A stretch of 64,000 nucleotides of DNA from an uncultured delta proteobacterium. GTDB lineage: Bacteria > Desulfobacterota > Binatia > UBA9968. The notes beneath the pieces were generated by a model. The model saw only the letters and a program-made list of their open reading frames with translations. It was not told where the DNA came from and did not search any database. Positions 8,982-20,152 of this stretch are shown here, piece by piece. Location: contig CAWJZV010000011.1 in assembly GCA_963847445.1 (NCBI GenBank), forward strand, positions 64,001 to 128,000, read 5' to 3'. The position numbers and the translations under genes are program-made. Each line of letters starts with the position of its first letter. Position 1 is the stretch's first letter.

Positions 8982-11045
8982 ATGGGCCAGCGATCAGATC
9001 GATTGGCTGACAGGACGCGGGCCCAACGCCGTCGCGAACCGACCGCGGCGGCGGATCGCCTCGCGCCCAAGACAACCGCCCTGTGGTTCAGTACGATCTT
9101 TGCTATCGCGCTGCTGCTGCGATTTGTTCACCTTTGGCAGATCGAGGCGATGCCGCTCTTCTACAACCTCGCCGGCGACGGCCGGACTTACGACGAGTGG
9201 GCGCAGCGAATCGCCGCCGGTGACTGGCTTGGCAGCGGGGTATTTTACCAAGCGCCGTTATATCCCTATTTTCTCGCTGTCTGGCAATTTGCTTTTGGCC
9301 ACAACCTCTGGCTGATTCGTTTCTTGCAGATCCTCCTCGGGGCGTTGTCTTGCGCCTCGCTCTTTCTTGTCGGTGATAAATTGTTTTCTCGTTCGGCGGG
9401 CATCGCCGCTGGCTTGGTGCTGGCTATCTATGCACCGGCGATATTTTTCGACGCATTGATTGAAAAAAGCATTCTTGACTTGACGTTGCTCTGCCTGATG
9501 CTCTGTCTCCTGGTGAATGTCGGTCGAACCCATTCCCTGATGAAATGGCTCGGCGTTGGTTCGCTGCTTGGACTTCTGGGCCTGTCGCGCGAGAATGCCC
9601 TGATCTTGGCACCGCTTGTCGCCATCTGGATATTTGTTGAGCTTCCTCGCGAAGCGCCGGCGCTGCGCGCGCGCTGGCTCGGCTGCTTCCTGGCTGGTTT
9701 ATTATTGATTCTGGTCCCCGTCGGAATCCGCAACTTGATCGTTGGCGGCGAGTTCAAGCTCACCACCTCGCAGCTCGGGCCGAACTTCTTTATCGGCAAT
9801 AACCCGGTTGCCGACGGAACCTACGGATCGGTTAGGCAACTCATCAAAGAGGTTCAGCTGGAAGGTCCGGACGCTAAGCGCCTAGCTGAAAGAGCGAGCG
9901 GCCGTTCACTGACGCCAGGCGAGGTTTCCAGTTACTGGTTGCGCCAGTCGATCGCTTTTATCGAAGCCCAACCGGGTCAGTGGCTAAGCCTCTTGGCGCG
10001 GAAGTGGTTGTTGGTTTGGCATGCGCGCGAGATCGAGGACTCCGATGATTTTTACATCTACCGCCAGTTCTCGACGCCGCTGGCGCTTTTGGCGTGGCTC
10101 GCTCACTTCGGTGTACTTGCGCCGCTTGCCGCTGCCGGGATGTTTTTTACCTGGCGCGAGTGGCGCCGGCTGTGGCTCCTCCATGCGATGATCTTGGCGC
10201 TCGCCGGCAGTGTGGCGCTCTTTTTTGTCTTTGGCCGATATCGTTACCCGCTGGTGCCGTTTTAGCGCTGTTTGCCGGGGTAGCGATTGTCGAGTTTGTC
10301 CGGCTGTTGCGCCAAAAGAATTGGTCCCAAGCGATCAAGGCATCGATAGTTCTGGCAATCACAGCCGGGTTGGTGAACTGGCCGCTTGGCGGTCCATCCG
10401 GGCCGGGCGCCGCTGGCTATAATAACTTGGCCAATGCTTATTCGAAGCAGGGTAAGGTCGATGCAGCGATCGGCGCCGCCTTGCGCGCCCTGGAGATTCA
10501 ACCGGATTACGGAGTAGCCCACTATAACCTTGGCAATCTCTACATGCAGCAGGGCCGATTCGATCTAGCGCGGCGCCATTTTGAAGACTCGCTCCGGTTA
10601 CTGCCCAACTATGCCGAAGCCCATAGCAACTATGGCCAACTTCTCGCCGAAGGCGGCGATCTCGCGACCGGCATGGAACATTTCCAAAGGGCGATCAGGC
10701 TCGATCCGTCGGTCGGCCGGGCGCAGCTCAATCTTGGCGTCGCCCTGGCAAAAAACGGTCGGATGGACGAGGCGGTGGCGCCGCTGCAACGGGCCGCTGC
10801 GCTTAGTCCAGAGGCCGCCCGAGCCGATTTATTATTTGGGCAGCGTCTACGCGGCGCAGAATCGTTACGCCGAGGCGGAGGCGGCGTTTACCCAGGCACT
10901 GCAACGGCGCGGCGATTTTGCGCCGGCGCACCAGAGTTTGGCGCAGCTATTCGCGCTCCAAGGAAAACAGGCGCGGGCGATGCAGCATCATCAGGAAGCA
11001 GTTCGCTTGATGCAGCAAAGTGGCGCGAATTCGCCGGCAAGATAG
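8982..11045 (+). CDS. GT-C (PMT_2/ArnT-like) membrane glycosyltransferase with C-terminal TPRs; frameshifts near 10260 and 10820
   Basis: DGRTYDEWAQRI, YQAPLYPYFL, GPNFFIGNNP, RYRYPLVP motifs; the following frames give TPR repeats. Confidence 0.75.
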
Positions 11046-11102
11046 TATCTCGATGTACCATGGCGCGGTTCCAAGGGGAAGCGCTTAACGCCGTGCCGGA
11101 AG

Positions 11103-13070
11103 CTATTGAACTCGCAAGACCAATGACGACGGTGGGTCGATGAGTTTAATAAACGGAATCGGATCGTCGGCTAGTTTGACGGCTTCGATGTTTGCGGCAG
11201 GCTCGCTGTTAAGGCCGGCGACCCAATGATATTTGAGCACGATTTCACCGCCTTTCAGGTCGCGAAGCTCCAAGCGATTGGCGCCGGCTTGGACTTTTCC
11301 GTCGCCCTCGACAAACCAGCTCAGGGGCTGATTTACTTTCATGAGATGGATCGGTCCGATGCGCCGATCGACAGTCACGAGACCGGGTATCGACAGCAGC
11401 TTCTCAACCGAAGCCGGATGAAAGGCGACTACCGCGCCGATGTTGTACAAACGCAAATAGTTGCGCAATTCGTCATCGGCGATGGCGCCGATGTCGCGCT
11501 TAAAAAGCTTGCCCGAATGAAACTCGGCGAAATGGTGGCGGTCATTGTAAAGATTGATCGGCCCGCCGATCAACTGCCGGCCGGTCAAGTGCGGCAGAAA
11601 AGATGACAGATACATGCCGTCGTAGACAAAGCCGGTTTCATCGCCGGATTCTTCGAAGAGCACTCTGGCTTCGCGCGGCGTTTCACGGCCAACCCAGTCG
11701 ACGATTGCGGTGATTTCCGGACAGCATGCGGGTACGCAGTTGCAGCTTGCCCAGCGACTCTGTCTGCACAAGATTGATTGCGAAGGCCAACCCGCCCAGG
11801 GCGATCATTGCCGGGACGAGGTGAAAGCGCAATGCTTTCTGACCGATAAGCCATTGATTGAGGCAATACGCCGCGCCAATCACCAGGAAAAGATCGAACG
11901 GGACTTTGAAACGCAACGGCTGCCACGCCGCCAGACCAGGAATGAAGGCGCCGAAGTAGGTTAACAGGAATAACACCGATAGACCGGCCGTGAGCGCAAT
12001 GCCGACAGGACGGTTGCCTTTCTTGATTAAGTCGATGGTTCCAAGCACGCCCAAAATCAACAGCATGAGGCGAAAGCCTTTTTCGACAAACGATGGACGA
12101 AACGTCCAATACCCCTTGGCGCCGAAATAATCGATCAAGAACGTCAACGGATCGCTGCTGGCAAACAGCGGCAGCTGGGCGACGATGGCTGAAGAAACGT
12201 CGTCTTGACGATGATTGAACGCGGTGATGAGCCAAGTGAAGTTTACCAAGGCGCAAATCGCCAGCGCTGCAACCAGCCAAAAAAATAGCGTTGCCGTCAT
12301 TCGTCGTGGCTGGACGATCAATAGCGCGATCATCGACGGCGCGAAAATAACTAGCGACTGGACATGCAGTGGTAGAATCACCGCCGCGAACAGGAGCCAG
12401 CCAACATGGAGCAGCCCTGGTTTCGGCGACTCCATGACCAAGCGGTAGAACAATGACACTCCCCAGACGCTGAAATAAGCAGCCACGGGAAAGCCGATCA
12501 TGCCGTAGAAGAACATTTCTCGCGGCAAGGAGTTCCACCAGTAGAGGGTTGCCCAACAAGGCAGCAGCCGAGGGCGATCATGTCTCTCGACTCGTGGTTG
12601 TAGAAAAAATTACGCCCGGCAAAATAGCTCAGCCCCGGTACGCTCGCCATGGCCAGGAATGCGGCGATCTTAAACCATTGAACCGGTGCCAATGCGATGG
12701 TCGAAAGCCCAAGGGCGGCGAACTCAAAAAACTTGACGCTTAAGTCTTGGATCGTGTTCGATGGATAGCCGGCCATGAAGTAGGGGTTGTAGCCCGACAA
12801 ACCAGCGCTATCGCGCCAGAAAGCTTCCAGTGATTTCAGATGATGGAAATGCAGCCCCCAGTCCTGGTCGATCAGCGGCTGGTTGCCAAATAGCGCGTAG
12901 ATTGTTTCAAAGCTCAGCGCGAGGGCAAAGGCATGGAGTATAAGCACTACACCGGCCCATCTGGGGAAATGGTAATTGTGTCCGGCGGTCCAGCCGCGAT
13001 GCCATCGGGAGCGCGCCGCTGCCGGTGGGTCGTTGGTTGGTTTTTTTCTTTGAGGCCGGCTTTTTGCCAA
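11103..13070 (-). CDS. Multi-TM membrane protein, probable GT-C fold; frameshifts near 12560 and 11720
   Basis: DQDWGLHFHH...GYNPYFMAGYP N-terminal loop, TM core and soluble C-terminal domain spread over three ORFs. Confidence 0.6.
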
Positions 13071-13103
13071 GGTGCACCAGCGCTTTGGGATGAGATCGAC
13101 CAG

Positions 13104-15188
13104 CTAATCGTTGAGTATCGGTGGGTACTCGCGCTTTTGGACCGTGGGATCCGAATAATAGTCGATTTGGATTTTACGCCAGGTGTTCAGACGGGTTGCC
13201 AGCTCCCTGACAATCACTGGCTCGGTGGCGGCCAGATCCTGTTTCTCCCCAGGATCCGTTTGTAGATTGAAGAGCCGATGTTCTCGCAGTCTTTCATCAA
13301 AGATGAGTTTGAAGCCCGCGCGCACGATACCGTATTGATACGCGTCCGGTGTTTGGGCGACCATATACGCGGCTCGGCCGGGGTTCTCCGGCGTGGCGAA
13401 GAGATCGATTCCTTGGAAGCTTGGATGATTGGGCAGGCCAAGCAGTCCAGTGATCGACGGCGCGATGTCGACATGTTGGGCGAGGCGATTCTCACGCCCA
13501 GCTTTGAGTCCGGGCGCACGGATGATCAAGGGAACGCGCATGACTTCGTCGAAGATCGCACTCGCATGCGACGCAAACCCATGTTCATAAAAAGCTTGGC
13601 CGTGGTCGCCGGTGATAATCACCAGGGTGTTGTCCCACTTGTTCTTGAGTTTGAGATGTTGAATAAAACGCTGAATTTGAGAATCAACGTACGCTAGGCT
13701 ATCCGCATATACATCTTTGACGATCTCTACCTTATCCTTCGGGAAGTGGGCGAAGCGAATCGTGAAGTCGAGTTTCGCTGGTCCAAATCGTCGCGGAAAG
13801 TCCGGCGGAATGGGGTAAGGGAGATGGCTGTTCTGAAAATTTAGCGCCACAAAGAAGGGATCGTTACCAAGGCCATCAAGCCATTCAAGGGCTTCATCGA
13901 CGGTCGTGCGGTCATCGAGGCTCCCGGCATGGTTGGAGTCTCGAGCCCAAGCGGCGAATCCGGCATCTCCTGCCATGAGATAGGTCGGCTTCTTTGAATT
14001 GGCGGCATGAATAAATCGATCGAGGTTGCCAGTTTCTAAATAGTTGTTCATGCCGCTCCAATTTTCGTTCGATGACGAGAAAATCGCGGTGCGATAACCG
14101 AGAGCCTTAAGCAAGTCGTAGATCAACACTCGTGGATAAGTCGGATTTTTCGGATAGCTATACATGGTTGCCGAGCGTAGCGGATAATGCGACGACAGCG
14201 GCACGACGGTAGCGTAATTGGTGTGGCTCGACTGGGTGTAGCTGTTCAGGAAGACCCGCGCTTCGCTGGCGAGTTGGTCCAGCGCCGGCATGACCTCCCG
14301 ACTACCGCCGTACGCGCGCAATTGATCGGCGCGCAGCGATTCGACGGTTAGCAGCACGACGTTCCACTGGTGGTGCGGTTTTTGCCGAGCCAAAACGGTG
14401 TATTGATCGACCGGCATGAGCGGCCGTTGCGATATCCGAAAACTCTTGTCGAGGGGGAGTCCAGTTACCGAATCACTTTGCTGCTTGAAAATTTCGGCGA
14501 ACGCAAAAGACCAGGGGCCGGAGATATTTTCGCGCAGTCTGGCGTAGACGATCCCAGCCTTGGTGGATTTACGATCGCCGCCTTGGCTGTAGACCAAGCC
14601 GAGCAGCGCGCCGATGGCAAAAGCAACGATCGCTCGGCCGCCGATTCGCATTAACGGGAGCCGAGCTGTTGACGCATGCGCCGCGACCCAGCGCGGAATC
14701 GCCACGGCGAGGACAAAGGCGCCGACCCCGGCGACCGCGACGATGGAAAAGGCTATATCGAAGTCGACCCAATGGAAAACCTGCAGCGGATGGGGCGCCA
14801 GAAAGATGAACACTTGTTTGCCGATAAAGCTGCCGGTTTGCCAGAATAGACTCCAGCTCGCGCCATAGAGTATGAGCACTAGCCAAACCAGCGATGCGCC
14901 AAGCAGGCGGATGATCCAAATTGTCCTGGACCCAGGGGAGAAATATCTCTGAATGGCGATGCCCCCGGTCGTCAGCGCGGCGCCGATGACAAAGGTCACG
15001 AATGTAAGGAGAGTGACCGACTCGCTGAAAAGCAGCAGTTGGGCGCCAAGAGGCAATTCGAGACTATGAAACGCGCTACGCGAAATGAATACGAATAAAG
15101 TAAACTCGAGAATCACCAAAACGCACCACGCTAGCATTATGGCGGTTAGGTTCGGTCGTAAGCTGGAATACAGAGGAGTTTCTAGCAT
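13104..15188 (-). CDS. Membrane-anchored sulfatase/alkaline-phosphatase superfamily protein
   Basis: About 5 N-terminal TM helices; NVVLLTVESLRAD, GDHG, DPGEKQDL motifs. Confidence 0.85.
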   Translation of the reverse strand: MLETPLYSSLRPNLTAIMLAWCVLVILEFTLFVFISRSAFHSLELPLGAQLLLFSESVTLLTFVTFVIGAALTTGGIAIQRYFSPGSRTIWIIRLLGASLVWLVLILYGASWSLFWQTGSFIGKQVFIFLAPHPLQVFHWVDFDIAFSIVAVAGVGAFVLAVAIPRWVAAHASTARLPLMRIGGRAIVAFAIGALLGLVYSQGGDRKSTKAGIVYARLRENISGPWSFAFAEIFKQQSDSVTGLPLDKSFRISQRPLMPVDQYTVLARQKPHHQWNVVLLTVESLRADQLRAYGGSREVMPALDQLASEARVFLNSYTQSSHTNYATVVPLSSHYPLRSATMYSYPKNPTYPRVLIYDLLKALGYRTAIFSSSNENWSGMNNYLETGNLDRFIHAANSKKPTYLMAGDAGFAAWARDSNHAGSLDDRTTVDEALEWLDGLGNDPFFVALNFQNSHLPYPIPPDFPRRFGPAKLDFTIRFAHFPKDKVEIVKDVYADSLAYVDSQIQRFIQHLKLKNKWDNTLVIITGDHGQAFYEHGFASHASAIFDEVMRVPLIIRAPGLKAGRENRLAQHVDIAPSITGLLGLPNHPSFQGIDLFATPENPGRAAYMVAQTPDAYQYGIVRAGFKLIFDERLREHRLFNLQTDPGEKQDLAATEPVIVRELATRLNTWRKIQIDYYSDPTVQKREYPPILND

Positions 15189-15698
15189 CGGTGATGAGCT
15201 TTACAGTTATGCGCTAACGCCCTCGCTATGATGGTTTGAACATGACTAAGCGGCTTGAGCGACAATTTGCCTCCGATGAAGAGTTAAATCGAGAGGCCTC
15301 GGGGATAGCGTCATGGGGACACTGAGCCTCCCATGAACACTGCAAAGAAAATTCCGCAGCAGCACAAAATTGTCAAAAAGACTCATGAAGCGTATTTGCC
15401 AATCGACTGACGAGTTGGTTTGCCCTGTGCAAAAATACCCACAAGCGCGGCCATGTACAAGCATGAAATCGGCGCGGGTAAGCGCCGATAGGTGAGAATA
15501 GGGTTTGAACGCGATTTAATAGTATGTTCTGTTTGAGCATCTCTCGAGACCACATGAAGCTTGGCGGGTTGTCGCAGATTGACGACGAAGAAAACGTTCT
15601 TTCATGCGTAGCACTGCTCATTTTCACTTGGCTCGTGAAAACTCACATGCGACAAACCGGCGCAACGGTTTGGCATTATAAGTAATTCGATTAGCGTC

Positions 15699-17210
15699 TT
15701 GGCCGATACGATGAATTCTCCTGCGGGCTCTTTAGTCCACTGGCAACAGCGTGACCGGTGGACCGCGGTCGCCATACTCCTGGTTTGTTGGGTATTGTTT
15801 GCAACGGTCGAGCAGCGTCCGTTTACCCTGCAAGGTGCCGTGGTCGAAGCGCTTGTGGAGCGCGGCCGATTGCATTTTGTTGACGGCAACATCAAGGACG
15901 TCGCCAATGAACGGGTATTCGAAAACCTCGACACCAAGACCGCTGCCTTCCGTGAACTTTTCAATATTTTCCCCTACGGGGGCAGGTACTATGTGAATCA
16001 TGCCCCCGGACAATTTCTTCTGGCGGCGCCATGGTATGCCGTATGCGTGCATTTGGGATGGCGATTCGAGACCCACGAGCCTCTGGTGTGGAAAATCTTG
16101 GTCTGGAGCTTAACCGCGCCACTGGGCGCGCTCGGCGTCATGGCGCTTTTTGTCCTGGGACGGCACTGGGAAATTCCATGGCTCGCCGCGGCCTTCGCGA
16201 GCATGACGGTTGCCTTATCGAGTCCGTGGTGGGCTGCCTCTGGAGTGCTCTATCATGACGGTCTGGCGATTACTCTCATTCTCCTTGGCCTGGTGATCTG
16301 GCAGTGCCGATCAACCGACAATGGCCTTGGCGCATCCTTCTGTGCGCTGGCTGCTGGCTTTCTCCTCGCATTCGCCGTGGTGACGACCTATTTGGTGCTG
16401 CCGATCGTTTTGCTGATTTGCGTGTACTTAATGGTCAGCCACCCAACGCGCCGCTCCATGGTTTGTTTCGCGTTGGCGTTCTTGCCGACGCTGGCAATTC
16501 TGCCGATCTCAAACGCGATGGTTTTTGGATCGCCTTTCGCGACCGGTTATTCGGCCGGCGGATTCGACCAGAATTTTCCGTCGCCCCTTAACCTGTCTAA
16601 TGCTTGGGAGAAGATGGGATTTTACCTATGGCGGTCGGAGTATGGCTTACTCGGGTCGTTCCCGGTGTATTTTTTAGGGGCTATCGGGCTCACGCTCGGC
16701 GCACCGCTCAAACCCCGCGTGCGGCATATGTTGATGCTTTTAGCGGCAGTCCATTTTTTGTTTATTATTACTATGGAGCATCATGGGTCGGTGGGTTGGG
16801 GCATGGGCCGTTTTTTTCTGCCCTTGTATCCGATTCTCGCGTTGGGGCTGCCGGCATTCTTTCATCTCGCGGGTTGGCCAGGAATGGTCGCCCGCGGGCT
16901 GGTCTTTTGCACGCTATTCTATAGCGTAGTGTTCGCGGTGGCGGCGACAAATTACGGCGTGCAAGGCGTAATGACGCCGAACGTATGGACACTCAAGCAA
17001 CGAATCATGGCAGATTACGGCGATTTTCACCAAAGGCTATTTTGGTTGGCACTTGTCGCCGGGATACTGGGAGAGGCGATCTTTCAGGTGTTTTCCCAAG
17101 GGAAGGGAGCCGTGGCCTCTGGAAATGCGCGCGGATCGCACCCGAGAGACCGGCAGAAAAGTAAACTCCCGGTTTCGGCGGCGCCGCGCAAGCCCGGCAA
17201 AAAAAAATAA
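15699..17210 (+). CDS. Multi-TM hypothetical protein, probable GT-C fold
   Basis: YYVNHAPGQFLL loop, FGSPFATGY, GWGMGRFFLP motifs; about 11 TM helices. Confidence 0.6.
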   Translation: MADTMNSPAGSLVHWQQRDRWTAVAILLVCWVLFATVEQRPFTLQGAVVEALVERGRLHFVDGNIKDVANERVFENLDTKTAAFRELFNIFPYGGRYYVNHAPGQFLLAAPWYAVCVHLGWRFETHEPLVWKILVWSLTAPLGALGVMALFVLGRHWEIPWLAAAFASMTVALSSPWWAASGVLYHDGLAITLILLGLVIWQCRSTDNGLGASFCALAAGFLLAFAVVTTYLVLPIVLLICVYLMVSHPTRRSMVCFALAFLPTLAILPISNAMVFGSPFATGYSAGGFDQNFPSPLNLSNAWEKMGFYLWRSEYGLLGSFPVYFLGAIGLTLGAPLKPRVRHMLMLLAAVHFLFIITMEHHGSVGWGMGRFFLPLYPILALGLPAFFHLAGWPGMVARGLVFCTLFYSVVFAVAATNYGVQGVMTPNVWTLKQRIMADYGDFHQRLFWLALVAGILGEAIFQVFSQGKGAVASGNARGSHPRDRQKSKLPVSAAPRKPGKKK

Positions 17211-17265
17211 TCATTGGCGCGGGCAAGCGTCCGCACGATCGTTAGACTCCAGCTCGACGAATTAG

Positions 17266-19290
17266 ATGAAGGCGAAGAAAACCTCGCGCCGCATAACGGC
17301 GGTTTCACGAACGGCTCCGGTGACGGGTCATCTGTCCGCGCCACAGCTGCAGACTTTTCTTAACGGTTGGCGAATGCTAGCGGAGCCGAGTGTTTTTCAG
17401 TCGATCGTTATTGCAGTCACCTTTTTGGTCTTTTTACCGGTACTCAACAATGGTTTTGTTGATTCCGACAGGCGGCTGCTTGTCGAAAACCTCGGCTATC
17501 GTGGGCTCGGCTGGGCGCAGCTTCAATGGATGTTCACGGCTTTTCATTTCGGTCAGTTCCACCCAGTCGCCTGGTTGAGTCTCGGTATCAACCATCTGTT
17601 TTGGTGGACCGACCCGTTTGGCTATCATTTAATAAATTTGTCTGTCCATATCGTCAACGCCGTGATCTTCTATCACATCGCTGTGGCGCTGTTTGTTCAC
17701 TGGCAAAGGGCCGATTCATACCCAGGCGTGAAGTGGTTTGGTTTGCCCGCTGCGATTGCTGCTCTTAGCTTTGCGCTCCATCCGCTCCGGGTCGAATCCG
17801 TGGCATGGGCGTCTACGCGAGGAGAACTCATCGCTGCGATGTTTTTTCTCTTGAGTCTGTTAATTTATCTCAAGGCAAAGGCCGGCGCGGCAGTGGGTGT
17901 AATGAGCGCAGCCTGGAGATTTGCCTCGCTAGGGACATTTCTGCTTAGTCTTTTAGCCGGACCGAGTGGATTTTTTCTGCCCGCGGTCTTGGCGATCATG
18001 CACCACTATGCCGGAAGGGGGGAGGGCAGTCCGAAAAGCGATATGGCGGGCAGCGCGGGACGATCGTTAAGATATCATTTGCCCTATATACTCCTGTCGG
18101 GTGCGTATGCGGTCGTGGCGGTCATCGCCGGTCGTTATGATGATCCATCCCCCCCGACTGCGCACCGAAGTAACGTACTCTATTGGGCTCTGGATCAGCT
18201 CGCAGCACCGGCGCTTTATCTATGGAACGCACTACTGCCGATCGGTTTGACGCCGGCTTACGAGTTAACGGCGTCGTCTACGGCGGTATTTATCGCGGCG
18301 AGTATGGGTCTCGGCGCACTCGCTGTTGTCCTGCGGCAGAAGTGGCCGGCATTAGTCCCGTTGTGGCTTTGTTATGTATTGCTATTGCTACCGGTTTTCC
18401 GGGACGGGTTTCCGGCCGAGCAGGTCTTCGCCGACCGCTTCACCTACCTTGCCGCGCTGCCCTGGGCGCTGTTGATCGGCGCCTGTGCTGAACGCGCTCT
18501 CTATGTTGTTGCGGTGCGAGGAATGCGAACCCCGGTGTTGGTTTCCTGTGCATCCATCCTGGTTGCCGGGTTAACCACTTTAGGGGTGCTCACTTGGCGG
18601 CAAATTCCGCTGTGGCAAGACGCTGAGACTCTATGGAGAAATGCTGTTGCGGTGAATCCTACCAGCTCAGCTTATTACAATCTCGCGATGCTGTCCGAGT
18701 CACAAGGAAATTACGGCGACGCAGTTGCGTCATACCGGCGCGCGGTAGAGCTCAACCCAGAACGCTGGGACGCTCACGAACGTGCGGGCGCGTTACTGTA
18801 TAAACAAGGAAAGATGGCCGAAGCGCTCGAACACTACCGGGTGTTTGTTCAATTCAATCCAAACAGCATCGAAGCTCGAGAAAACTTAGCTACAGCTCTG
18901 GTCAACCAAGCCCAGCCCCGCGAAGCTGTGGAGCACCTAAGAAAGCTCATACAATTATCACCTGAAGCCAATCGAGTGCGGGTCAAGCTCGGGACAGTTT
19001 TGGCTGTCGAAGGCCGCCTAGACGAGGCGGCGGAAGTCTTAGCCATTGCGGCAAAACAAGAGCCGAAGGATGGCCGCATTCTCTTGCAGCTAGGGCGGAT
19101 TCTCGCCGCCCAGGGAAAACTCGACAACGCGATAGTCCATTTCCGCGAAGCGGCAAAACTGCTGCCCAACGATGCCGAAGCCCAAGAAAGCTTAGGTCGC
19201 GGTCTGTTGGAAGTCGGAAGAAAAGATGAAGGTGCCAAGCACTTAGCAGAAGCGGTGCGCATACTACGGTCGAGCCCGACGGCGAGGTGA
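17266..19290 (+). CDS. TMTC-like membrane glycosyltransferase with TPR repeats
   Basis: GYHLINLSVH, FALHPLRVESVAW, ADRFTYL, WQDAETLW plus a TPR tail. Confidence 0.85.
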   Translation: MKAKKTSRRITAVSRTAPVTGHLSAPQLQTFLNGWRMLAEPSVFQSIVIAVTFLVFLPVLNNGFVDSDRRLLVENLGYRGLGWAQLQWMFTAFHFGQFHPVAWLSLGINHLFWWTDPFGYHLINLSVHIVNAVIFYHIAVALFVHWQRADSYPGVKWFGLPAAIAALSFALHPLRVESVAWASTRGELIAAMFFLLSLLIYLKAKAGAAVGVMSAAWRFASLGTFLLSLLAGPSGFFLPAVLAIMHHYAGRGEGSPKSDMAGSAGRSLRYHLPYILLSGAYAVVAVIAGRYDDPSPPTAHRSNVLYWALDQLAAPALYLWNALLPIGLTPAYELTASSTAVFIAASMGLGALAVVLRQKWPALVPLWLCYVLLLLPVFRDGFPAEQVFADRFTYLAALPWALLIGACAERALYVVAVRGMRTPVLVSCASILVAGLTTLGVLTWRQIPLWQDAETLWRNAVAVNPTSSAYYNLAMLSESQGNYGDAVASYRRAVELNPERWDAHERAGALLYKQGKMAEALEHYRVFVQFNPNSIEARENLATALVNQAQPREAVEHLRKLIQLSPEANRVRVKLGTVLAVEGRLDEAAEVLAIAAKQEPKDGRILLQLGRILAAQGKLDNAIVHFREAAKLLPNDAEAQESLGRGLLEVGRKDEGAKHLAEAVRILRSSPTAR

Positions 19291-19380
19291 GTTTCTTGCC
19301 AAGGCGTTGCACCGAACAGCGCCGACAATAGTACGCTGATCTATTCAGTTTGAATTCTTGCGAGAGTCATAGAGGGTCGA

Positions 19381-20124
19381 TTGACACCACCGGGTTTTTA
19401 TCTTTCCATTGTTGTTCCGGCGTACAATGAGGCGGCAAGGTTGCCGAGCACCCTGCAACGCATCCAGGAATATTTGTCGCGGTTTTCGATCAGCGCTGAG
19501 ATTATCGTGGTTCTCGATGGGCCAACCGATGCGACCCGCGAAATCGCGCGCGCGGCGGCACGCGATGTGCCCCAACTCAAGATCCTTGATCGCAAAATCA
19601 ACCGCGGCAAAGGCTTTACGGTCAGGGAAGGCATGCTCGCCGCCTCGGGACAGATTCGGCTGTTTTGCGATGCCGACAATTCCACTGATATCGCTCACTT
19701 TGACAAAATGAAGCCGCTGTTCGACCAGGGCTACGATATTGTCATCGCGTCGCGCAGCGCTAAGGACGCACCCGAGGCGCTGCAAGTGGTTTCCCAGGCC
19801 TGGTACAAGCGCGCTCTTGGCCGGCTCGGTAATCGGATTGTGCAGATCGCCGCGGTGCCGGGAATCTGGGATACCCAGTGCGGCTTTAAGGCCTTTCGCG
19901 CCGAAGCGGCGGAGCGGATCTTCGCACAGACGACCATTGAACGCTGGGGATTCGATATCGAAGTGTTGGCGCTGGCGCAACGGCTGGGCTACAAGATCGG
20001 CATCGTTTCGGCGCGCTGGCTCAACGACGACCGCAGCAATGTAAAATTGTCAGACTATCTCCATGTTCTCGGCGACACCTTCACCGTGCGGCGCAATCTG
20101 TTAAGCGGAAAGTATCGGTTGTGA
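19381..20124 (+). CDS. GT2 polyprenol-phosphate glycosyltransferase (dolichyl-phosphate beta-glucosyltransferase-like)
   Basis: LSIVVPAYNE, NRGKG, DAD, DTQCGFKAF, WGFDIEVL motifs. Confidence 0.9.
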   Translation: MTPPGFYLSIVVPAYNEAARLPSTLQRIQEYLSRFSISAEIIVVLDGPTDATREIARAAARDVPQLKILDRKINRGKGFTVREGMLAASGQIRLFCDADNSTDIAHFDKMKPLFDQGYDIVIASRSAKDAPEALQVVSQAWYKRALGRLGNRIVQIAAVPGIWDTQCGFKAFRAEAAERIFAQTTIERWGFDIEVLALAQRLGYKIGIVSARWLNDDRSNVKLSDYLHVLGDTFTVRRNLLSGKYRL

Positions 20125-20152
20125 GGATCGCGTGAGACTCGCCGCAACCGGC

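Noticed and set aside
15190-15698. 500-nt divergent intergenic region with short ORFs as possible sRNA or small gene
   Set aside because: No recognisable RNA motif, RBS-supported ORF or repeat structure seen; probably promoter DNA.
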